Assembly: GCA_013265495.1 (NCBI GenBank)
Contig: MU058815.1
Location: forward strand, 752,523-816,522
Direction of reading: 5' to 3'
Length of the DNA stretch: 64,000 bases
DNA from: Vicugna vicugna
Lineage: Eukaryota
The position numbers and the translations under genes are program-made. Shown here piece after piece: positions 1 to 10,435 of the stretch; position 1 is the stretch's first letter; each line of letters begins with the position of its first letter. Below the pieces are notes generated by a model, which did no database searches, was not told the DNA's origin, and saw nothing but the letters and a program-made list of their open reading frames with translations.

Positions 1-1919
1 GTGCACGTGCTTTCCACTAAATGCAGAGGACTGGAGGTGACAATGGACAAGTTTTCTCTCTGCTGCATCAACTACAATGTATGTTTACATCATTCCTTTT
101 ACTACTGTTTTTTCAAAACAAAGGTGTATGGCTTATTTCAAACATCATTTTGCTCTGGATATATGGCGGTATTTAGCACAGCCTTGGGGATAATGTGTGG
201 AGCAATTGGTTACATGGGAACAAGTGCCTTTGTCCAAAAAAGCTATACTCATGTGAAAATTGACTAAAGACCCAAGAAAACCTGGAACTTTGGATCAGTT
301 TTTCTCTCACAGGGGTGGGACTTGCACAGCAAAAATAAAAGCACAAGAAGAGATTCGGGCTTTAACACTGGGTACGTTGTGGGTCTCTCTTTCGTGGATG
401 GCTTAAAGTAACATTGATTTCCATTGATCCTAGGTTCTCACGGACTGCTTTCTCCAACTGTTCACAGCAAACGCTTGGATTTTATGCAGTAGGCATTGCT
501 ACAGTACATGGCTAATCTTCCCCAAAACTAGCTCATTAAAGATGAAATAGACCAGCTCTCTTCAGCGAAGAAGACAAATAGTTTATTTAAAGCATTTGTT
601 CCAATAAAATAAATAGAGGGAAACTTGGATGCTAAAATTTCATGAATAGAAGTCTTCCTGGCACTAGTGTTTATACGTTATTAAAAAATGATGTTCCAGA
701 GAAGATCACTTTTTTTCTCTTTAGTTTTACTGCCATCGTCAACCTATTATGGGACACTTTTATATACTGAACTTGGGTTCTTTTCTGACCTTTTTTTTTT
801 TTCCCGATTGGACTACATCCATTTTTTTTTAAAAAGAGAGAATTTAAAAACATTAAATCCTGAATGTAATATATCTGCTGTCATCTTAGTTGGACCAACT
901 TCCCACTTATTCATCTTAAAACTATCCAATTACGTCTTAATTCCATCCAAAGAAGAAACAATTTGAAGATAGAGGTGTACGCTCTACAATGCAATTTACT
1001 GTGCAGTTAGAAAGCGAAGTGTTAAATGGAGAGGATATTTGTTTTTATTAAACATTTTGAGATTTAGATAAACTACATTTTAACTGAACGTCTAAAGTGA
1101 TTATCTGCCCCCTCCCCTCAAGTTAGTCTTACATCTTTTTTGGGTTTGAATGAAGGTTTTACATAAGAAATTATTAAAAACAAGGTGGGTGGGTAATAAA
1201 TGTATATAACATTATGTAAAATGACTATAACTCAATTAAAAATGTTTAAAAAATAAAAATAAATGTATATAACATTAAATAACGTAATGTAGGTGTAGAT
1301 TCCCAAATACATTTGGATGTACAGGTTGACTATGGAGTCCTTCTTTCTGATGATAATTGGTGTAGAAATGTGTGAATTTGGGCGGCTTTTAGTATCTTGC
1401 CTACCCCTGCGTGAAACATTGGGGTTTTTTAAAATGTGTGTGTCATACTTCTTTTGGGAGTGGGGATTGTCTTATTCTGTTTTTTTTTCTGAGACTTCTA
1501 CGGGAGCTAAATTTGTAATTTAGAAACATTTAAGTTTGTTAATCCTGTCTGGGGCACTTAAGTCACATCTAAAGCATTACTGCTTTGGAGTGTTAAAATA
1601 AGATTTCCTGACCAAATTGTTTTGTGAAAATATGTGTGTTTGCAACTTGAAGATATCTTTTCAAAAGGCAGTATTACCGAATGCAATTTTTCTTTAATAT
1701 ACTATAAGCTATGCTTTTCTGACACAGGGGACCCCCATTTTAAAATCCCCAAGTTTGCTTACATCTAGATTATCCAGTACGATCACAGCGTGAATGACAA
1801 GCCCTCTGAATGAAATTGTGGCACGAGGTCTGTTCAGGTTGGTGTACCGTATAAAGTGGGGATGGGTAAAAGTGGTAAGCCTACTGCGGGATGAGCAAAA
1901 AAAGTTACTAAAAAAAAAA
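1..1919 (+). pseudogene. TM9SF3: TM9SF3 processed pseudogene (3' part of CDS plus 3'UTR; 5' end lies outside the window)
   Basis: Frame 2 reads [28 protein letters not shown], with TGA at 38-40 in place of Trp. A frameshift near 88-92 leads into frame 1: [57 protein letters not shown] (stop 265-267). This matches the TM9SF3 C-terminus ...GTSAFVRKIYTNVKID with no introns. TM9SF3-like 3'UTR follows. The A-run at 1910-1919 is taken as the poly(A) remnant, so the 3' boundary is less certain. Confidence 0.92.
1215..1257 (+). mobile_element. 43-bp extreme 5'-truncated L1 3' tip with 20-bp TSD
   Basis: A perfect direct repeat aataaatgtatataacatta lies at 1195-1214 and 1258-1277. The insert tgtaaaatgactataactcaattaaaa matches the reverse complement of the L1 3' tip at about 19485-19515 in this window. 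Confidence 0.85.
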
Positions 1920-4514
1920 GTGACATTTCACATTAGTATTTCTCTTGACACAAAGAGCTTTCTAGAAATATATATATATTAAAGTTCTCTTTTAGTCATA
2001 TTTCTCTCACGTACTGCTTTAGTGTCAATGATCGTGTTCTCCAAGGTGGGCATCAGACAGATAAATTTTCATTGTAAATATTAAAAGAGAAGCTTTCATT
2101 ACCATTTTGATCCTATCAGCCTCATTTACTCTAGTTTCATTTCTGTTTATCTTGATGAGTTCAGCTCAACATCAACAGACATGAAAAGAATGAATGAAAG
2201 AGTTCACCTTTTCCTTGGAGAAGCTTAAAAAAAGTGCTTTGCTAACTGGAAATAATCTACCTTATTCCTTGGTGTATAGAGAAGCAGTATCACTTAAGAA
2301 ACACAGAAATTGCAACAATAGTAACAATAAATAAAACAGCCAAACTATCAAAAACTAGAAATTTGGCTGAATTCACTGTTTTAAGCTTAATTGCTAAAGC
2401 AGTTTAACCGCTCCGAATGTCCCACATTCATATGATTCCTGTCTTGTGCTGGCAAAGTGTTAAATGTCAAACCCACCACAGAGTTGTCAAGGCTTCCCCA
2501 TCAAACTGTCCCCATTGACTTCCAGCATATGTTATGAATTCGGGGGATTGGACATCCAGGGGCCTTCAACTTAAAGGGAGCGTCTCAGACCTTTTCTGAA
2601 CAATTTCAAACCAATCAACCCTTTCATCCTTTTAAATTTCATCCATCACCAGGTTGCAGTCTCATTTCCTCCTTTTGTAAAAAGCAAGGTGATAGAGCAG
2701 CCACCATGACAAAGCCAGAGATCCATGAGCAACTCAAATCAAGTGAGTGGAGATTTTTAAGAAAGCCTGCAGCCATCCGCTGAAATGCAAGGGAAGATAA
2801 AGTGCCTTCAGCGTGCTCAAAGCTGAGAAACTGTTCCAGGATTAATTTAAAGAAGTAATGTACATTCACAACCTGACATGATGCAGTTTTTGGAAGTCAG
2901 AGAATGTAAGGAAGTTATTTCCTGAAAATGAAAAAGTATGTTGTCTGCTTTAAATCTTTTCTTCTGTTAATACAATTGTGTATGAAGATGATGGCATTTG
3001 TCGACTTAGCCCAGGAGATAGCTACTTGCTCACTTCTTTATGTGGGAAGAGCAGCAATTTATGATGAATGAAGATAAGCCACACGTATTTATAAATGTTT
3101 GTATAAAATGCTGTTAAAAAGCAAAAAGATATGGGTAGTTATAAACATCTAACAGAAATCTTTTAAAATATAATGCTAAAGGCAATTGTAAAGGTTCAAC
3201 ACCAAGTCTTAAGAGAAATATAAAATATAACTTTAATGTATTAATTTAATAAACTTAATTATGTTTATAGCTATAAAATTAATCTTCTAAGTTTTCCATA
3301 TGTTAATGTTAAGCCTGACCTAATTTAGATAAATCTCTACTGACATCTGACATTATTATTCCTCATTTTCAAGTAACATACCCTATGTTGCGTCAGAATG
3401 TAAATAACTATCTAAATGTAGCAACAATTTATTTTTTTAATCACTAGATAATATGGAGTCTTAAATTCTTTCAAACAATGTGTTATATCAACTCATATCC
3501 TAAACAGAAATCTATCAAGTTCATTCTAGCCTCTGATTTTATTTTTCACAGAAATATATAGAAAAATCATCTAATACAGAGGATTTTAAATTTCCATCTT
3601 AGACTTTCCCATAACTCAGATAAAATATTGTATATTTTTCTACTTCATAATTCAAAAACTTTATACAATATAATTGGATATTTATTGAAAGGAAAGAAAT
3701 GAACACACTTTTTCTCCATTCCCATTTCCCAAACCCATTTATCTATTTGTATTACTAACAATTTGTTTTATTAACTACTTAAATTATTATTTATAGTTCT
3801 TATGTTAGCTGCTTTAACAATAAATAATATATAATAATATTTTTCCTGTTCCATCAGCTTTTGGTGTTCCCTTAAGTTCCAGACTCTCTGAAATGAATAC
3901 ATTTATTTTCTCATCCTTCCCTCAACTTCTTCTCAACTTCCCTAAATCTTTCACTTCCTAAATTCTATCATAGCCTTAATATAAAATTGTCATGGCTATT
4001 GTTAACAATTTAATTATCAAGACTACTGCCAAAACCATCTTAATATTTATGCTGTATTCCAAATGACAAATAGTATATTTCCATTTTGTCAATAGACTAA
4101 TTCTAGGAGTTAAAAACTCTAGAAATGTTGATCACTGCACACCCAAACACTCTGCTAAGATTGCATTTCTTTCTCTATGGAAACCAAGGCATAACCCATA
4201 TGTCACTTTGAAGGAGAATTTTCTTAGGATCAAGATTAAATTTCCTTAAGCCCCATCAGTAACTTAAAATTAAGATGCATTTAAATTTGCTTCCAAATGG
4301 TCCATCATTTCCGGTGTAGCTTTTGTGTTCCCTGAACTTTCTAATTGCCTTCCTTTTCTTTCATTTTTTTTTTGACTATGAATTAATTTGTTTACTATCT
4401 ACATAAAACAATCTTAATTCCTTCTTTCTTAATTCCATCTTCTATCACAAGTTTTCCAATTTCTGCCTAGAGCCATTCCCCGCATCTCTTGTATTTTCTT
4501 CACTTACTTGTCTT

Positions 4515-4660
4515 TTAAAATTTATTTTTAATTTTTAATTTTAATTTTTTTAAATTGAAGTATAGTCAGTTACAATGTGTCAGTCTCTGGTGTACAGCAT
4601 AATGTCCCCGTCATACATACATATGTATATTCATTTTCATAAAAGGTTATTACAAGACAA
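4515..4660 (-). mobile_element. Short L1 3' end
   Basis: T-rich tail followed by ttgaagtatagtcagttacaatgtgtcagtctctggtgtacagcat, the typical cetartiodactyl L1 3' terminus. It is flanked by acttgtctt at 4506-4514 and 4661-4669 (candidate TSD). Confidence 0.8.
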
Positions 4661-5324
4661 ACTTGTCTTAGGTACCCTCTCATTTTACCACACAGCTGTC
4701 ACCACAGATCTTTCTCTGCACTTCTAGATTAATCTCCCTGATTCCTGAACCTCACGTCTTCCTCCTACTCATTTCCCTTCTCTTATAAGTTTAGTGCATT
4801 CTCAATTAGCTTCTTCAGAAAAGAAAAACAGGATGTATGTTTTTTGCAGATGAAATTCTCATTAGTTTGCATTCACATCTATTGGACGCTTTGTTTGTGT
4901 AAGACTTTTAAGTTCAAAATCAATTTCCTTGAAAGTATAAAGCCTTCTTTCTCTCTCAGTTTGAATGTAATTTTCATCTCCTTTCGGGTATTCCTTGTCA
5001 TAGAATTTTATCACAGTTCCAAAGATAGCTAAAATTTTTGATTAGGAAGAAAAAATAATTTAGATGTATATAGTTGGAGTTCTGGCATGCTAGGAGGATC
5101 ACATTAAATTCTGTTTCTCCAAACTTCCCGTGCAACAATAAATTACACTTTCGTGACGCATCTCAAAGTTTGCATGGAGTGTTGGGCGTCACTAGAAGTA
5201 GCAGCTGAGTTTGATCAGTTGGCAAGGACATGGCCAAGCTATACATGAATTATAAATTTATGTAAGAGTAACTCATTCTATGCTGTGGCAAACCTCTGAG
5301 TTTTCAGAATGACGCAGGAAACAA

Positions 5325-5914
5325 TGTGGGGTGCGAGAGGTTGGCCGTATCCCGGGTCTTGCTCGAGTCCCTGGGATGCGCCCCCCTCCCCAACTGAAAG
5401 TCCTTGGCTTCACTCAGGAAAGAATTCAAGAGTGAGCCATAGTTGAGTAAAAGTAGATTGATTTGGAGAGATGTACACTCGAGTGGAGGCCGTCTCAGAA
5501 AGCGAGAGAGAGAGAGAGAGAGAGAGCACCAGTAAGGCTCTGTGCTGCTGGTTTTTATACACCAACAAGTGAGAGGATTGTTCCAGCCACTTTGGGGAAG
5601 GGGCGGGGATTCCCAGGAACCAGGCCACCACCTTCTCGGCCTTTCATGGTCAGCCTGGGAACTGTCATGGCGCCTGACCCACCGTGTCACACTAATCCAT
5701 TACAATGTGTGTGTGATGAAGCTCACGGTCCACTGGAGGTCAAGTCTCCTGCCACCTTGGGCCTCCAGGTCTACTGGGAGTTGACTCATCTGCCTTCCTG
5801 GTGCCAACGGCTGTGTCATCCCTTTAATGGCTGTGCCCTGCCCCCTTCCTTCTTGTCTCAAGATGGCCAACAGACACCTGCCTGCCTTCCTCTGGGAGTC
5901 TCACCTTCTCCACA
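5325..5914 (-). mobile_element. ERV1-class solo LTR
   Basis: Termini are TGTGG...CCACA. It shares long blocks with the LTR at 43838-44335 (ggtcagcctgggaactgtcatggcgcctg; ggtccactgga; tgtgccctgccccct...tgtctca). It retains several CpGs and contains a (GA)n tract. Confidence 0.8.
5504..5526. repeat. (GA)n microsatellite inside the LTR
   Basis: Direct reading. Confidence 0.95.
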
Positions 5915-6884
5915 CGATCTTTCATTTTCCTTTCCCTTTCTGGGAGTGTCAGCAACATAGTGGCTTAGTAGCTATTTTCAATCTGAAGGAAAAAATATCT
6001 TTCCTCAGTCCTAGGAGTATGTTTCTCATTATTTTCTGGTAATTTGTCAAGCAGTGCCTGCTCCCACCACCATTGCTCCCACTGTTTTATCTTCCTCAGT
6101 TTCTGAAACTCCTGTCAGGTAAGAGTCTGGGACTTCTGGTGGACCCTTCAGGTCACTTGTAATTTTTATTTATTTTTTCTTTTCTCCTTTTCTTTCTAGC
6201 AGGTATTTTATATTTTTATCCTTGATTTGTGCTTTATATCCAAGATTTTTACATCATTTTTATTATTCTTAACAATCTTTTTTTTTCAGACGAAATATTT
6301 TCTCTTATATACATTTGCTCTCTGTGTCACTCAAACTTTTATTTTTTTCAAGATCTATTTTTCTGTTTACTTTCGTCTTTTTCTTTCTATTTATTTTCTC
6401 TCCATATTGGGTAATCTCTAATTTTTTTGTCTGCTTATATTTAAGATTGGAGGATGAAGTTGATTTCTGTTTCTTCCATGTGAATAGATCTGTCAGAAAC
6501 AGAATATTGACTTTTAGTTGTTGTGGAGTATAGCTCCCATGTATCAGAAAAAGGAAGACTTTGGTGGCAATATTCACACCAGAAGCTTTTTGGATAATCT
6601 TAGTTGCAATTCCTGTGGATACTGGTCTTCAAGTGACTGTGGAGGGGGAAGGTCAGGGTTGTGGAAGGGTCCAGCCTGGCTCTGAATGTGCGTAGACAGA
6701 CCCCGCCCCCCATACACACACACTGTCAGGTCACGTCTTGCTTCCTCCTCTATGCCTGGTGCCATTGCTCATGGGGCCTCTCTGACAATTCTCCAGGAGG
6801 TCTGCTTACCTTACCCATTGGGACTTCTCACACTCCTTCACTAGGAAGGACATAACGCACCTTTGCTGGTATCCCTGTCCACAA

Positions 6885-7390
6885 TGGATAATCTGAATAT
6901 AATTATAATGAAGCATCAGACGAACTAAAACCAAAGAACATTCTACAAACTAATTGGCCAATACTCATCAAAAGCCAAAGCCTGAGGGACTCTTCTAGAT
7001 CAAAAATAATACATTTTAGACACATGACAACAAAAAGCAACCCATAATCTTGGATGAGGGGAAAAGATTAACTATAAAAGACATTAGGGCAAATGATAGT
7101 GGAGTGTGGACTTTGCATTGGATCGTAGTAGTATATCGATGTTAAATTTCTTGATTCCTAATTTTTATAGTTGTCCAATTGTTTTTGAAAAGAACATTCC
7201 TGTTCTTAGGAAAAGCACAAAAAATATTCTGGGGTGAAATGATATGGCATTTACAATGTATTCTTACAAGATTCAGGAAAATCAAAAACCAAATTGAAAA
7301 ATGAAAACTTTGATGAATCTGGTAAGAGGATTAGAGTAGTTTCTGAAAACTTTTCTGTAAGTTTGAAATCATGCCAACATTTAAAGTTTC
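6885..7390 (+). mobile_element. Ancient L1MC/L1ME-type 3'UTR
   Basis: aacattctacaaactaattggcc...gatgttaaatttcttgat...aacttttctgtaagtttgaaat resembles old L1M 3' ends. Confidence 0.7.
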
Positions 7391-8399
7391 CAGAGAATTT
7401 TAGATCCCAGTAGGTTTCTCATTCACTTTCACTGCAGCTGGAAATTTAGATGTTGGCAGTAAATTCAAACACGAGGATAATTGTCTGATGAGCAAACAGA
7501 ACACGTCTATGGACCACAGAAAGCCCACGCACCTCTGTTAGTGAAGGAAAACATTAGATGGATTTTAGAAGGATGATAACAAGCAAGGCTGATAAATTCA
7601 AACAACTTCCCTTCGTGCTCTGAATCACGTTGGCTTACTTGTGTGAGCTCTGGCCGTAACCTGATTTTCCCGCAATCATGCGTATCCCTGTGGAAGCAGA
7701 CATCTTGCTTACACGCTTACTACCTTGGATTTTGTGAGCTGCGTCAGTTTAACGTCACGTAAGGACCAAAAAAAAAAAAAAAAAGACTGAAAGAAGCACA
7801 AAGTAATTTTGACCTGAAAATGGCCACCTAACATTTTACTACAGACCTGAAACCATACTTAATAGCGATAACTCTCTTATGCAGAGATAAATTTGATCTC
7901 CTCTATAGGATGCACAACCCACCTTCCTCTAAAAAGTAAGATTCCAAATTCCAAAATTACTCCCTTCTAGACGTGTCCAATTCTGTTTTCTCCATCCCCT
8001 CCTTGGGTGAATGCGACTGGCTCTCACACCCTGGCTGTCCAACTTCCGAAGTCTCCCACCAATGCCGAGTCACTGTAAACTGTTCCTGCACTTCCCTCCT
8101 TTTCCCCCTGTCTTTCTGAATATGTCAGTTATCCAACATACATAAATGTAAACAAATGTAAGAGATCAGTTTATGCAAATGCATATTTCAAACTCAAATA
8201 ATCTACACTACGTAAAAGCAGATTCGCTGCTTTCCAATGTCCAAAGCCCCAAAATTATCAAGCATTCTCCTCACTCTGGGGCCTCTCGTTAAACCATTCC
8301 CTTCTTTAACCAGTCTGTACATTAATAAAGTATTTATTTATTTTTTATTTTTCTTTAAAGGCAGATTTAAAACCAAATCATCTTCAGTATGACATCTCC

Positions 8400-9420
8400 A
8401 TTGAGATATAATTTACATACTATAAAATTCACCTGTGTAAATACACAATTCAGTGGATTTCAGTATGTTCACAGAGATGTGAAGCCACCCCCACACTTTT
8501 GCGTTATAGCCATTTTGTAGCAGCCTCTTGTGTTACAGCCGTCCTGGTGGACGTGAGAGGCCACCTCCCTGAGGTTTTGAATTGTATTTCCTGGATGACT
8601 CAAGATGGTGAAAATCTTTTCATGTGCTTATCTGCCGTTTTTATATTTTCTAAATGTCCATTAAGATCCTCTGCTCATTTTCAAAGTGAATTATTTGTCT
8701 TTTTACGGCTTAGTTGTAAGAGTTCTTCATACATGTGTGATATAAGTTCCTTATCAAATATAGAACTCGCAAATTTTTTTTCTATTCAGTGGCTTGTCTT
8801 TTGACTTTGTTGATAGTACAATGTCCAGTACAAAAGGGTTTAATTTTGAAGTAGGTCCAACTTATGTATTCTTCTTTGTTCACCTGCATCTCATGTTGGA
8901 ATTAAAAAGCGTTTGACTAATGCAAGGCCTGGGGGACAAATCTTATATTTTGTTCTAAGCCTCTCATACTTTAAGCTTCTACATGTAGGTCTATAATCTA
9001 ACACGTTAATTTTTGTGCTTGTTATGAGGAAAGAGTGCAACTTTATTCTTTGCATATAGATATCCAGTTAGCCCAACACTATTTGTTGAAAAGATTCTTT
9101 TTTTCCTTTGAATGGTCCTGGCACCCAGGAATTTAAGGTTTTTTTTCCTGGACTGTCAGTTCTGTTCCATTAATCTATACGTATATGCTTATAGCGGATA
9201 TCTGCATTACTCTAGCTATGTGGCAAGTTCTGAAATCAGAAGATGTGAGTCTAACAAATTTGGTTTTTTTCAATATTGTATTGGCTATTCTGAGTTCCTT
9301 TCATTCCCATGTACATTTAAGGATTAGATTATTAATTTCTGCACAACATCCAAATGGGATTTTTATTGGAATTACATTAAATCTGTTTATCAAACTGGTG
9401 AGTACAACCTACTGAAAAAA
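8400..9420 (-). mobile_element. Old L1 (L1MB-like) 3' tip plus ORF2 C-terminal fragment with internal deletion
   Basis: ttgagatataatttacatactataaaattcacc (3' tip), then antisense ORF2 motifs (catgtgcttatctgcc, gatatccagtt...tttgttgaaaaga). Confidence 0.8.
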
Positions 9421-9469
9421 AATTAAATATTATAAATTTATGAAATGAAATATATCACATTTGAATTTA

Positions 9470-10435
9470 GCAAAATAGATACAGGAGATGTATGCTGAGA
9501 CCCTTATATGCTGATCTAAAAACATGGCAAGATAATCTGGGATCATGGTTTGGAAGAGTAAATACTGTCGGGACATTAATTTTCTCCACCTTGCTTTATT
9601 GATTCAGTAAAATCTCATTCAAAAATCCCAGGAAGACTGTTCATAGATATCTAAAAGCTGGTACTAAAATGGCTGTGGAAAGACACAGGTAGCCAAAGCA
9701 ACTCTAGGAAGAAAAAAGATGGCGAAGGACACACATCACTTGGTTTCAAGACTTGCTATAAAGTGATAATTTAGACATTTAAGTCTTGGCAAAAAGACAG
9801 ACACACAGATCAATGGACAGAATAGAGTGTACAAAAATAAACCCACACATGTATAGTCAACCGATTTTGACCAAGGTTCAAAGATTATTCAATAGAGAAA
9901 GTTATTCTTTCAACAAATATTGCCCGAACAATAAGATATGCACATGGAATTAAATAAGCTTTGACAATACATTACATTGTGTACCAAATTTAACTGTAAG
10001 TGGATCAGATTCCTTAATGTGCAGTGTATACATATATAACCCTTAGAAGGGAATGAGACAAAAATCTGCTCACCTTTTGTATGAGTTTTCAGGTAAAATA
10101 AAAATTAAGTAAATAGCCTGATCAAATTACAGCCAAAGAATCTGAACAGATGTCACACACACAATATATAAACAGCAATAAGTATATCGAAAGATGCTCA
10201 ATATTGTTAGTCATTAGAGAAATCTAAGGTCCCAATGACATATCACTCCACATCTATCAGAGGAGACAAAAAAAAATCTTCAATACTAAATTCTAGAGAA
10301 AGTCTGAAGTAACAGGAACACTCATTTTATTGCTAGCTTAAATTCAAAATGGTGCAGCCACTTCAGAAGATAGTTTGGAAATTTCTTGCAGAGTTAAACA
10401 TACACCTGACATGAGCCCAGCCATTCTACTTTTAT
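9470..10435 (+). mobile_element. Old L1M ORF2 C-terminal fragment
   Basis: Sense ORF2 motifs: agatcaatggacagaatagag, aaataaacccacac, cttttcaacaaat, aaaatggtgcagccacttc. Confidence 0.8.

Larger units (their letters stand above)
4700..6870 (-). mobile_element. Highly degraded ancient L1M/HAL1-like ORF1-region fragments, interrupted by an LTR
   Basis: T-rich antisense-L1-like segments at about 4800-5000 and 5960-6600, e.g. ttctgaaactcctgtcagg...ctgggacttctggtgg. The match is weak and from memory. Confidence 0.4.

Noticed and set aside
1..267. 88-aa ORF as a functional CDS
   Set aside because: Only its C-terminal two-thirds is in the TM9SF3 frame. The upstream homology is in another frame with a stop.
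5608..5622. STAT-like TTCCCAGGAA in the ERV1 LTR
   Set aside because: It is a single short motif with 4-nt spacing and is altered in the sister LTR (ttgccaggaa). There is no evidence of function.
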